Source: the human T2T-CHM13v2.0 reference genome, Homo sapiens
DNA length: 64,000 bases
Assembly: GCF_009914755.1 (NCBI RefSeq)
Contig: NC_060926.1
Reading direction: 5' to 3' (one strand)
Positions within the stretch are counted from its first letter, which is position 1, and each line of letters starts with the position of its first letter. This document shows positions 15,390 to 29,061 of this stretch, one piece after another. The notes beneath the pieces are model-generated. The model was not told the DNA's origin. It saw only the letters and a list, made by a program, of their open reading frames with translations, and searched no databases. A program made the position numbers and the translations under genes.

Positions 15390-16052
15390 ATGTGTGATAT
15401 TTTTAAAGTAAGGTTGTCATTATCACATATCGAGGACTCTTCAACAAGGGACAGCCTGAACACTAAGCTGCCAGAACACACTTAAAAACTTGATACTTCT
15501 GGTACTTAGCCAATTGGTAAGAAGCTAAAGAGTCTGCCATGCAGTCCAACAGCCATGCTGACTAAACTCACCAGTTCTTTCATTGTTTTGATGTTGAACA
15601 GCTGTCTTTAATACACTTTTCTGTACTCCTGAGAATGTTCTAGTTACCATGCTGAAATGTTTAAATACCTACATTTTAAAATTAGAACTAAAATATAATG
15701 GGTTTGTTAATTAGGAGGACACTGGAGAGTTGGCTGTGAGAAGTTGTGACTTTGATAAGTCGATCTTTTAAAAGTAAGGGCAGTTGCTCTACATTTGACT
15801 TCTTTGTGTTCTCAAATTTAAAATATATGGCTGAAGATGAAAGATTCTGCACACCTCCACTTATTCATTCCCAAATCCCACATTTCATATTAAATTCACA
15901 CAGGATACTATGTGATGCATATGAACCATTTTATATGATGCAGGGTACAGTATGCACAGGGGATAATTTATTTTCTAAATTTGCTATTATTAGACTTCTA
16001 ATTACTCAGCTGGATAGAAGCAGAAAGGTCTCATTCTTGTACTAACTGCCGA

Positions 16053-16347
<295 letters not shown>

Positions 16348-18383
16348 TAACTGCCAATTATTTAGCCAGAGATGACAGGCAGAAGGAATTCATTTTAGAT
16401 TGTTCAGACTTAAGAAGTAACATTTCTTTCCAAGGAGGTCTAAACATATGTGTGTTTTATTTTTTAATAGCCCCAGTTCTTCACATTTTAATTAATCAAA
16501 CAAAACCTGCAATTTAAGAAATATCTAGAAATGATTGGTCCAATTGTCCTCCTTTGTGCTCACGTCTCTCATGGAGGAAAGTCAGGATTCACTGTGGTTA
16601 TGAAAGGAATCTGTACAATATATTTACCTTCTGTAAAATACTTGGATTAATATTGTTAAGCATCTCTAGGGAACATGGCATTCAATTAGTTTTTATTTCT
16701 TGTCATCTCTCACTAGAGAAAGAGCGCACACTTCTGTTTCCCTGAGGAGGTAAACTTGCTTGAAAAGTAAAATTTCCATTAAAATCTCTAATTTGGCTTT
16801 CTTAAATATAAATCTATTTTTGTTACATTTTAAATAGTCTTAAGGCTAAGTGACTAATGAGTACAGTAATAATATATCATTCTCTTTTATTCATCTGAAA
16901 ATTATACTGTCTCGAGAGACCTGAGTTTTGTGTGTTTTGATTTTATTTCTTACTAAAAGACTTCTCTGTGATTGGAGGGAGCTGCAAAGCTGAGGCAAGT
17001 GTGGGACTCAGGGGACCCTGCGTGGATTTGCAGAGGAATAAGAGACTTGGTTTCCCATGGGATAGAGAATTTATGTTTAAGCATTGAAAGAGTTCTTCGA
17101 TGTGCGAGGTGTTATGCGGAGTGCTTTAGTTGCACTATTTCATTTATTCCTCATAATCCTAAGGGATAGTATCCCCATTCCTATTTCTGTGAAAATTGGA
17201 AATCTAAATATGGATGAGGAGTGCTTTTTAATGAGAACACCCCATTTCCCGGCCATGACAACTGCATGTTTGCTCAGAAGTGTGGAGTTGCTGGGTGGGA
17301 TGCTAAGATGACATACTGTTTCTTTTTTTTTTTTTTCTTTTATGGACTTGCAGTTTGAAACAGGCAGTAGAGCCCAGAAAGTACATATAAGGCACTCAAT
17401 TGTACTGTTTAACACAAGCTGATTTTTAAAAAGTTAAATTTTCAAGAAGTCTTCCTCTAGTAACTGTCTGGGGGTATAACGTGTTTCATACCCACCCTAT
17501 TTGATCTCTTCATTGTGAATTTCTTAACACCAGGGCACTGCTTTAATCAAAACCATTTAGAGGCGTTCACTTTAAAAAATAAAAGTTGCAGAAGATTGGG
17601 GGTGGCATTTCCCCTGTCGTCATGTGATAGCGAACACCTGAGAAATCTTTTAATGCCCACAGCTCTAGATTATAGGTGTGCCCTTCAAAAGCATCACAGA
17701 AAAACAAAAGGGTTACCCACCAGTCAAGGGTTTGGGACATTAACATGCTTTAGTTGAAAGTTATATTATGAAAAATGTCAGAAAAATGCATGAAAGGAAA
17801 ATTGTTCCATGAGGGAAATACTACTGCTGAAACTCCAAGTGGAAGATGATGTTTTTAATATTCCCTTAGTTCCACATTTGTGTAGTTCTGTAGTGAAACG
17901 AGTCATTTAAGAGGGGAGGTGGCCCAGGCTAAAAATAAAGTTTCTTTGAAACCAGATGAGAGTCTAGCTATGCCAAAAATGGAATCCGGACTCTGTTCAC
18001 TCTCGAGAATGTAAATAAGTAGAATTTTGTGTCACATAAAATAGTCTATGCAAAAAAGGATATTCACTGCCTTTTGTGATAGAGACTAAAATAACCATCA
18101 GGAGTATAGCTGTTCTGGGGACTCTGAAGCAACAGTGTAAAATGATATGGTAGTCTAACGTATTCTGATTTAGAAAGATGTCCAAGACAAAGAAAGTGCA
18201 GAACAACAAGTACTGCATGATTTCATTTTATGTACAGATGTATGAATATGTGCAGTTACTGGTATATTCATGCATAGAAAAAGAACTGGAAGAATAAACA
18301 TGAAAATATTAAGTAGAGGGAATGAAAGTTGGAGAGTAAAGGAGGATTTTGGTGGGTTTACTGTGTATGTTTCTCTTTAAATC

Positions 18384-18385
<2 letters not shown>

Positions 18386-18433
<48 letters not shown>
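18386..18433. repeat. (CA)~24 microsatellite
   Basis: Seen directly in the sequence. Confidence 0.97.
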
Positions 18434-18435
<2 letters not shown>

Positions 18436-18483
18436 TAATAAAACTATAGAAACAAGGAAAGCAAAGCTTGAAGGTCTCAGTGA

Positions 18484-18735
18484 AGCTGTATAGTGGTTAA
18501 GAGTATAGACTCTGGAGTAAAAACTGCCAGGATTTGAATCTCAGCTCCTTGACTTACTGGCTACACATCCTTACGCAAGTAATTTAACTTCTGTGCTTCA
18601 GTTTACTCAAATGAAAGTCAGGATTAAGGGTACTTGTGTCATATTGTTGTTACAAGGATTAAATAAGTAATCCATGAGAGAGCATATAGACTAGTGCCTG
18701 ACACATAGTAAATATTTAGCATGTATTAATTATTA
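18484..18735 (+). mobile_element. MIR
   Basis: tagtggttaagagt...tttgaatctcagctc...ttaacttctgtgcttcagttt...gtgcctgacacatagtaa. Confidence 0.85.
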
Positions 18736-19076
18736 TAAATTATAATACTTAGGCAATGTCTAGCTATATTCAATTCTTTGTGCAAACTTTTTAGTTAAAA
18801 ATGTTTTTAGTGACAGCGTTAGTGATCATAATGTATTTTTCCAAAGTTTTCATTGTCATTGTTAATGATATTGTCATTTTTTTTTACCTCATGGGTGTTC
18901 AGAACTTCACAAAGAAGAATAACAAAAACAGAGTTATCTGATTTTACTTAGAGTGCCATACATTCCACTAGTGGAGTACTCCTGAATTTGCATCTTTGAC
19001 CATGTAATCTAATGTACATATTACTAGTAAACAATAGAAATGTAAATACATAATGAGGCTTTTCTTTGTTCCTCAG

Positions 19077-19241
19077 GAAGACTATGACCGTCTGAGGCCT
19101 TTATCTTACCCAATGACCGATGTCTTCCTTATATGCTTCTCGGTGGTAAATCCAGCCTCATTTCAAAATGTGAAAGAGGAGTGGGTACCGGAACTTAAGG
19201 AATACGCACCAAATGTACCCTTTTTATTAATAGGAACTCAG
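19077..19241 (+). CDS. RHOQ: RHOQ (TC10) Rho GTPase, coding exon 3 (165 nt, phase 0/0): [55 protein letters not shown]
   Basis: Cdc42-family switch II motif [12 protein letters not shown]; acceptor ttcctcag| and donor |gtatgt; frame continuous with the next exon. Confidence 0.98.
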
Positions 19242-19550
19242 GTATGTCTGGTTTGATTTTCTGCATTTTAGAATAAGCTCTTTGGTCTGTCGTAGAGGCT
19301 GCTCTCAGACAAACAGTCCCAAAGCTGAGCAAATGATGTAAGTGTTTAATCTCAGCTGCAAGTTAATGAGTTCTATCATATTTTTGGAAAAAATTGTGCC
19401 AAAAGAAAGCAATTATTTTCCTGGTTTTTAAAAATTAAGTTCTTTTGTTTAATCTTTTTTTGGTATGTGGGAATTAAGTGGGATTACATGCTTTGATTTT
19501 TCTTTAAAGATTTGTAATATTATGGGACATTATTGACCTTTCTTAATTAG

Positions 19551-19646
19551 ATTGATCTCCGAGATGACCCCAAAACTTTAGCAAGACTGAATGATATGAA
19601 AGAAAAACCTATATGTGTGGAACAAGGACAGAAACTAGCAAAAGAG
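19551..19646 (+). CDS. RHOQ: RHOQ coding exon 4 (96 nt, phase 0/0): IDLRDDPKTLARLNDMKEKPICVEQGQKLAKE
   Basis: Completes the G4 box (GTQ|IDLR) and Rho insert helix; acceptor taattag| and donor |gtaatg. Confidence 0.98.
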
Positions 19647-19704
19647 GTAATGGAACACTCACAGAATTTAAGCATGAATGTAAAAGATGCTAAGATAACA
19701 ATAG

Positions 19705-19945
19705 AAGCTAATTTTATTGTGTATTTACTGTGTGCCAGGTGGAGTGCTTTACATGCATTATCTCATTTAATCCTTGCATGAACTCAGTGAGGTAGGTCTG
19801 TTTCCCCTGTTACACAGAAGAGACAGTGGAGGCTGGGAGATGTCAGATAATTCGCCCAAGATCCTGCAGGTAATAAATGGCAGAGTTGGGTTTCAGTCCA
19901 AAGCCTGACTCCTGGGCCGAGACTCTTACACCTTTGCTACATTGC
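19705..19945 (-). mobile_element. MIR
   Basis: tactgtgtgccagg...gtgctttacatgcattatctcatttaatcct antisense MIR core. Confidence 0.8.
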
Positions 19946-20354
19946 CAGTGATATTTTCCTAAAAAGTCACATATGGAAAAAAGCATCGGAAACACGTGTC
20001 ACTACTTTCAACCCTTCTTCATTACTTAAACAGTTGCACTGTGCCAAATCAGCTCTGTCTTAAGACTCATTGAGTTAGACAGTGGAGCCACCTAGGATGA
20101 CAGTTTAAATTTGTGGTTAAAACCAAAAAATGATGACTAGGTTTGAAAAGAAATGTGTTGAAATTTCTCCAATCTTTTTATGAAAAGAGGATAGAAAATA
20201 CAAAAATTCTAAAAATATATGTAACAGTGATGCATGCAATACCTTGTAGCTTATCTTCCTTCGTGCCCCAAAGATAGGTTTACTTTTTCCCCTTTTTTCC
20301 CATTTGGCCTTAACATTATTGGATTCTATTTTTTAAATGTTGTGATTTCAATAG

Positions 20355-20704
<350 letters not shown>

Positions 20705-21334
20705 CATATATAGTCTTTTAAAATGTAGTATCAGGAGGCAAAAGAAAGCAAGAAAACTTTCTGGAGGACAGTTTTTCCTAAAGCAAAAAATAAATGGCTT
20801 TACTAACAAATCACTTCAGAAATTCCATGTATTCAGTTTTGTAATCTTGGGGAGAGAAGGAATTTCTAAATGTCATAAAGATAAAAGCCATAAATGAAAA
20901 TATTAATGATTTCACTGCATAAAAACTTAATACCACATCAAATGCCAGAAATAAAATGAAAAGTCATATAACCTGAGATGGATGGCAGAAAAATGGGTTA
21001 ACATCCTTAGTATACAGGAACCTCTTGCATATGAGTTAATCAGAAGCAGCCACAGATACCAATAGAAAAATGGGCTAATAATGAAAAATTCACCCCCCAA
21101 AATGCAGATTGCCATTGAAGATAGGAAATATGTTCAAACTTATTAGTAGTCAAATGTAAGCTCAATTTGCACCTATAGAATTGGCAAAAAATGAGAAATT
21201 AATTATAATACCCGTGTAGTAAAATGGACACTCTGTTGTACTATTGGTCATTGAATCAAAGCAGTCTTGACAGTACGCAAAATCCTTAAAATCATGGACA
21301 CTTTTGATCAAGCAATTCCATATGTAAGAGTTTA

Positions 21335-21868
<534 letters not shown>

Positions 21869-22139
21869 TTAATCATTTCACTCGTGTGTGTGTGTGTATA
21901 TGTATATATAGAGAGAAAATATTGCTTTGTACCTTATATAAAATTATAATTTGTCCATTTATAATATTTAATAATAAAAGTAAATTATTAGGGACGTACT
22001 TAGAGCTACAAAGATGCTGAATTGTTTATAATGGCAAAAATTCCCTGCATCTATTAAAACTTCATACTATCTGTTAAGATTTCATATTTATTATGTAGCT
22101 AAAGGGAAAAAAGTAGTTGCAAAACAGTATGATCTCATT

Positions 22140-23720
22140 TCTAGACTCATCAGCATTTGGCACAGTTGCGTCCTTCCTGAAACTTTCTTCAGTTGGACTC
22201 TCTTGGTTTTTCTCCCCTCTCATTGGACTCTGCTCCATCTCTTTACCTCCTTGGTCCCTGGTTGGAGGGCCCCAGTGATGAGCACTCAGCTTTGTGGATG
22301 TCTTCTTCTATAGCTACACTCCCTAGGCCTAAATGAGCTTCTGTCAGTCTTGTAGCTTGCACAGTCTACAACCAAAGATTCCTGGATTTCCATCTCCAGC
22401 CTGGACCTCTTTCCTAAATTCTCAATTTGGTTATCCAGCTGTTTACTCAACAAGTCCATCTACATGGCTGAGTATCTCAAAATTAACATGTCTAAGATAT
22501 GATTCTTCTTTTACCCTCCAAGCCTGTCCTCCCAGTTACTCAGGTCAGAAGCCCTCAGCTGGGTGCAGTGGCTCACACCTGTAATCCCAGCACTTTGGGA
22601 GCCCGAGGCGGGCAGAATTACCTGAGGTTGGGAGTTGGAGACCACCCTGACCAACATGGAGAAACCCCATCTCTACTAATACAAAATTAGCTGGGTGTGG
22701 TGGCACATGCCTGTAATCCCAGCTAGTCAGGAATCTGAGGCAGAACCGCTTGAACCCAGAAGGCAGAGGTTGTGATGAGCCAAGATCGAACCATAGTACT
22801 CCAGCCTGGGCAACAAGAGTGAAACTGTCTCAAAAAAAAAAAAAAGCCCTGAAGTCGTACTTGACCTTGCTCTTTCTCCCATACCACACATCTAGCCTTC
22901 GGCACAACATACCTTCAGAACATATCCAGAATCCAGACACTTTTTTCTAACTCTTCCCTCTATCACCTGGTTCAGACCTCCTCCATCTCTGGCCTGCTTT
23001 ACTGGAATAGCTTCCAACTCACCTTTCTGCTTCTGTCTATGCCCCATGGTCATCTGTTCTCAACACAGCAGCCAGAGTAAGTCTTAAAAATGTAAGCGCA
23101 ATCATGTCACTGCTCTGCTCAGAATCCTCCAGTGGGTCCCCAGCTCAGACTAAACGCCAAAGTCCGCACAGTGGCCTACAAGCCTCTGTTCCCTCTCTGC
23201 CTTACTCATTGTTCCCCAGGCCTCCTGGTCTCCTTTGTTGTTCCCTCAAAGTTCTACCTGAGAACCTTTGTACTTTTGTTGTTCCCTCTGCCTGGAATGT
23301 TCTTCCCTATGGACATGATTCATTCTTTCACTCTTTTCAGGTCTCTGCTCAAATACCACATCCTCAGTGTGATCTTGTTCCTTGACTGCTCCAGGCATGC
23401 TCCTGCATCAGGATCTATCTGCCTGGAGCTCTTCCCCTAGGTATCCCTCACTGCTCAAACTTCCCCATTGAGAAGCCTCCCCGGACCCCCACTACCATTG
23501 TCCTCAGCACTCCCCGCCTCCCTCACTCTGCTTTTTCCCCACAGCATTTGCAACCATCTGCTCTGTATTCCCTCCCCTGTGCCTCTTACCCAGCAGATGT
23601 CAGCACATGTGGACGCCACACAGCAGGGACTCTGCTCTTTCGTTCAGTTCACTGACATATCCCCAGGACCTAAACAGTGCTTGACATATAGTAGATACCC
23701 AGTAAATATGTGGTGAGTGA
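22140..23720 (+). mobile_element. L2 LINE fragments (interrupted by an Alu)
   Basis: L2 3' features: ctgttctcaacacagcagccagagt; gttccctctgcctggaatgttctt; cagtgcttgacatatagtag...gtaaatatgtggtgagtgaa. Confidence 0.7.
22557..22845 (+). mobile_element. AluSp/Sq-like
   Basis: accaacatggagaaacccc diagnostic segment; TSD aagccct. Confidence 0.92.
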
Positions 23721-23915
23721 AATAATTTTTCATAGAAAGTCTGGAAGGACATATACTAGTATTTTAAAATCCCCTCTGGGGTTATGAACATGGATGATGA
23801 ATGTATTCTTTTTGCATAGCTGTATTTTATAATTTTCTTTATAATGATGTGTTTATGTCATGCCAATTGTATAAACATGATCTTATATATTTGTGATTTT
23901 TTTTCTCCCTCCCAG

Positions 23916-24071
23916 ATAGGAGCATGCTGCTATGTGGAATGTTCAGCTTTAACCCAGAAGGGATTGAAGACTGTTTTTGATGAGGCTATCATAGCCATTT
24001 TAACTCCAAAGAAACACACTGTAAAAAAAAGAATAGGATCAAGATGTATAAACTGTTGTTTAATTACGTGA
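23916..24071 (+). CDS. RHOQ: RHOQ terminal coding exon 5: [51 protein letters not shown]
   Basis: G5 ECSA motif, polybasic region, C-terminal CCLIT (CAAX plus adjacent Cys); acceptor ctccctcccag|; TGA ends at 24071. Confidence 0.98.
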   Translation: MGACCYVECSALTQKGLKTVFDEAIIAILTPKKHTVKKRIGSRCINCCLIT

Positions 24072-24286
24072 GAAACATCTTCAGTGGCCAAGGAAACTGT
24101 CCATTTCTCTCAGAAAGCAAATGAAATGCTACAGCTATACCCAGACCTTTTATAGGTAATGAAGCAGTTCAAAACTTGAAAGAAAACAAAACCTGTCCTC
24201 AGAATTCTATAAAGTGTATTAAGAATGTTCCTTAAAGGTTTAAGAAGCAGTAAGCAGCATCTGAAGCCACAATCTATTATAAATAC

Positions 24287-24292
24287 TTTATT
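24287..24292 (-). terminator. PIGF: PIGF poly(A) signal (AATAAA on minus strand)
   Basis: TTTATT on plus, about 175 nt downstream of the PIGF stop codon. Confidence 0.75.
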
Positions 24293-24465
24293 TCAACTAG
24301 AAGGTACAATCTCTCAGGGGTTTCATAGTTTAAAAAGCTACAATCACATCATGTTGTAACTACGTAAAAAACAGAGCTGTAAATGGAACTGCTTGGCTTT
24401 GACCATACACATTTCTGCCCAGCCCTTACAGAATCTGCACAAAGAAATATCTCCCTTTGCTCCAG

Positions 24466-24579
24466 TTAATTGTTCTTGTATGTAAGTTGCTTTCTATTCC
24501 AGTATATCCAGAGTGGTGAAATAACAAGGCCAGCCACGTAGCCAAAGGTCGCTCCAAGCGTACAGGAGATGGGCCATAC
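24466..24579 (-). CDS. PIGF: PIGF terminal coding exon 6: VWPISCTLGATFGYVAGLVISPLWIYWNRKQLTYKNN*
   Basis: Minus strand reads ctctcctcag|GTA TGG CCC ... AAC AAT TAA. Continues exon 5 (WERPWQ|VWP) in phase 0 and matches the known PIGF C-terminus. Missed by the ORF track. Confidence 0.96.
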   Translation of the reverse strand, partial: VWPISCTLGATFGYVAGLVISPLWIYWNRKQLTYKNN

Positions 24580-27500
24580 CTGAGGAGAGAATGTATGAGA
24601 TCAAAAAAGAACAAATGTTTTATTATTACTTGAGCACAAGTGTAACCTAAATATTTCTATATTAAAGCTTAATGTGCTTTCTTAAAGAATGCCAAAAGTG
24701 TAATAAGGTCATAACTGCATTTATCATGAACACTAAAAATGTACACATTTTAGTTAATGTGCATTAAACTGTAACAAGGCTTCTGGCAATTGTAGATTTA
24801 GTTTGACGCTCCCCAAAGTGCATGAGACACATGCTAAAATTACAAATTAAAATTTTGGGTCAGACTTTGCCATAATGATAGACTCAATTTAGCTCTCTGA
24901 ACTAGTTGGTAATTTTTTTTTTTTAATTCCCACTTTGGCTGTGTACATCAAATGAAATGAGAAGTGTGTATGCTGACCAAACCACAAGAAACTTTCTTTA
25001 AGTTGTGTTAAAGAGGAAAGACCTAGAATCCAAGCGTGTTACATGAAAATTGTAACAGAGCAGCTGCTTCCACCTTTCAGATATAGATGTTGGAACCACA
25101 GCAGAAGTTATAGAGCGACAACTTATATACACACCTAGAATGTAAGTTAAACAAAATACCGGCTTCCAGAGACCCCTTTTCTCCAGCCATATTACATCAG
25201 GCTAGAAGTAATTAATGTTGATTTATTTCATCTACAAGCAGTTGGTCCCTAAGTGAAAGGCTCTGCTTGAAAAAAAAAAGAAAAAAAAGTTGGAGGAAAA
25301 TTTTCATGTTCTTCTGTGAAGCTTATTTGGTACACTGGAGCCATTTCTAATCTTTCTCTGGGGGGAACAGGCCACAGAACTGTGTTAGAGGTGAACCATC
25401 TTAATTACTAGTTCTATTACCTAATTCAGCTTCCTTGTTTGGTCTGCTGTGGATCTGCCTTATTGCATATGCCATGCATCAGATAATGGATGCATCAGAT
25501 AATGGTGTTAGACAAAGCTTCATTGTGAACAACCTAATGCATTTTAGAGAAACAATCTCATCACATTTTTTCTAGCCTTTCCTACATTTAAACTTGCTGT
25601 TGCCCAAATTATAATTTTTTAAATGTCTTTGGTGGGCTTCTGTTAATTCACATGACTTGAGCTTATAGCTATGTCTACTGCACAGATTGGGTAATGGAAC
25701 ACTAAACTTTTATACTTGAAAATGACAGCCTTAAATGCTCATATCAGTCACAAATCTAGGATGTACTGTCTTGTTGTATGTGAGCTTTGTAGAGATTTTT
25801 AAAAATATAAGCATCACCTTCCCATTGAAGAGTGGAGAGAGTCTACTGGATGACTGGCCAGGAACTTTCTCTCTGAATCGGACATTTGGATGTCTTCTTT
25901 CTTCCAAGAAATGGTGGTTCACATTAAAGTATCATGGCCTTATGTATGCTCAAATGGAATCTTATGTAACTTTCTTATTTAATTTTGGTCTGCTTATTTT
26001 TAGATAAAATTGAAAGGAATTGTATAAATCAATTAACATATTAGCTGAGTTGTCCAACACATGGTATAAACGAATTACAACAGTAAACTATTACACATTT
26101 CCAACTTGCCTTTGGGGATTTATGAGGATTTTTTTTGGTGGGGGGAGGGGGCTCCAATTCATATCTCTGAAACCCTTCACACTTGGTTTACTAATTCAAA
26201 GTTAGAAGTCTAGAATTTGCCCTGCCCTAACAGAAACAGATTAGGAATTTGTCTACACAAACTGGTGTCACCTGTTTCTTGACTGGGATTTGGTTTCCTC
26301 ATTATAAATATGGGAGGTAGAACAGAGATCTCCAACGTCTCTCCCATTTATCACAGTAATTTTCTTATTCACAGTAATCATTGTTGGATGTTACCTTTTC
26401 AGCTTCACATTCTCAAGATGGTAAAAATCATGTATATAGATTATCAGAACTCTAAGCAAAGATGACTGTCACATCTGAAGCTGAGGTGCCTTAGGTACTC
26501 TACTGACCTTGATGGGTTTGGAGTTCCCCATTGCTTATCAAGAGCTTTTTAATTGCTTTGGTTCTTTAGTTTTTCTTTTTGCAAAAATCCTTCCTGTCAC
26601 TTTAACTAAAAACCAAAGATTTGTTTTCTATTGATAAGCAGACTAGAGAAAAACTGCCTTATTTTCAGAAGCATGTCTTCATTCAAAGCTTAGGCTTCAA
26701 TAGAAATTCAGACTAATCACTGAAATGACTATTTCAAACTAGTGAAATATCTGGGAAATAAACTGCTTCAAAAATATTTTACTGACATGAATTTTGCTAG
26801 TGAATACAAATACACTGCCTCAAATAAGGCCATGTATGAATGAACTTACAAGATATTTGAGTTAATCAGTGTTTGCATATAGAGAATTAGTTCTAAAGTT
26901 CTTAAAAATAAATTTAGGGGCTCCCTGAAATTTTATTTAATACTTTGCTAACTTACACTCTTGTTTTATCTCCACAGGTACATTTTAGGTTAGCTCATGG
27001 TGAATTCTATTTACAATAAGTGGAGCTTGGATTAATGGGTTTTGTTATGAATTATCTTAGTGACTTTAGACACTGTTTCCATTTGATTTTTAACTATTTA
27101 AAATACCAAATTAAATACCAGTTTGTTGGTTGTTACTTTTAAATGATTGTTACTTTAACAGTGTCCCTTCTTAACACATGGGGTTACAAATAAAATACTA
27201 TGCATAGTTTACTATCTACGTAAAGCACTGAACTTTTTACCTTAGTAGTTTTTATTTATTACCCTATGTAAACATTTAGGATAATACTCTTTCCTCTATT
27301 TATGCTGAGAGTCTACTAATCATTGGCAAAGTATGAGTCCCTATACTCTGTTAAAAAAAGCTCACTGTTAAAGTATAGGGAGAATAGTAATCCCTCATGA
27401 ATCCCAGCTAGATTCCAATTTGGGTTACTAAATTGTATTTTAATCATTTTGTAATTTCAGTATGGCTCTTTGTTCTCAAACACATACATACCACCACGCA

Positions 27501-28725
27501 CATTCTTTTAAACAGCTGCCACACCTCACCTCCAACAGAATGCCAAAAATGAAATGTTAAAAAATTTTGTCTAATGAAGGGTTACGGCTTGGAACACTTG
27601 GTTATTCATGTTATGTAAATCAAGAAGTGCATGCCATCAGCAAATTAAAATGTGGACTGGCTTTGAAGACTGTTAATGATGGGTCAGGCTTTGTACTTAC
27701 AAGAGTACCTCCTTGGCTTTCCTGAAATAAGCATTTCTTAATCGTAACCCTGTCATTTTTTTAAAAGAGAATTTCTTTAAGGGCCGTTTTCATGATTTTT
27801 GAAGATCAAAATAGATTATCAAAATAGGGAACAGCAAAAGGAGGGAGGCTGCCCACTAAGAACTATTCCTCAAGCAAGTTTCCTACTGATTTTCTTATAA
27901 TTATTCTAAAAATTTTTAAACTACACTATGGCAACAGAATTCATTTGTAAATCCTAGCTTAATCAGGTATTTTCATAATTAGATCCTAAGGTTTTCCTTT
28001 AAAACTATTTCCTTATCTCACATACAGACATGTTTCTATTCAACGTTCTTCATGCCACAAATAGGATTTTTTAAAAAAGTGATATCTATTAAATACATAA
28101 TTCAGCTGCACTGCTATAAAGATTTCTCCAAATTATGGTAATCTGAGATGGCTTTATATAATTATTTTGTTTAAAGAAAATAGGAAACTTAGAACAAAGA
28201 CATTCATGTAAAGGAAGTCATTCACAAGTGTTTGCCACCAAAATGACAAGGGCCCAAGCACTGGAGGCCAGCCTGGGCAAGATAGTGAGAGTTTTTTATA
28301 AATTTACATTTTTTTAGCCAGTAAATAGAAGAAACAACCTATGGTGTATAATCAAATATATTACAACTCAAGTGGGTAAAATTATTAAAATTACCAGGAA
28401 GAAGAAAAATCTAATTAAAAAATAAGTGGTACATCAGATGTTAAGTGACCTTAGCCAGCTCATTTTAACATCTGAGCCTCAGTTTCCCCTACAGAACAGG
28501 GACAGAAGTACCTACTATACTTAAAATGCAGGGCTGAAGTAATCTCTTAAAATTTGTCATGAAAGCTATAAAGTACCACGTACCAGTATTCTGTATATTA
28601 CATGTTTTAACTTGAAAAAATTAAACTTACACAAACAGTATTTCTTTGGTCACTGACACTACTATGTAATAAGTAGAACCGGCAGTTTAGAACGAATAGT
28701 TCATGAGTAATATACTGTGTGGTAG

Positions 28726-29061
<336 letters not shown>

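Larger units (their letters stand above)
24072..27670 (+). other. RHOQ: RHOQ long 3'UTR (3' end approximate; several candidate poly(A) signals)
   Basis: Repeat-free AT-rich stretch after the stop. ATTAAA at 24661 and 27644; AATAAA at 26757, 26907 and 27189. The exact cleavage site cannot be determined from sequence. Confidence 0.65.

Noticed and set aside
24426-24614. Minus-strand 62-aa ORF in the track
   Set aside because: Wrong frame; the real PIGF exon 6 is read in another frame (24579-24466).
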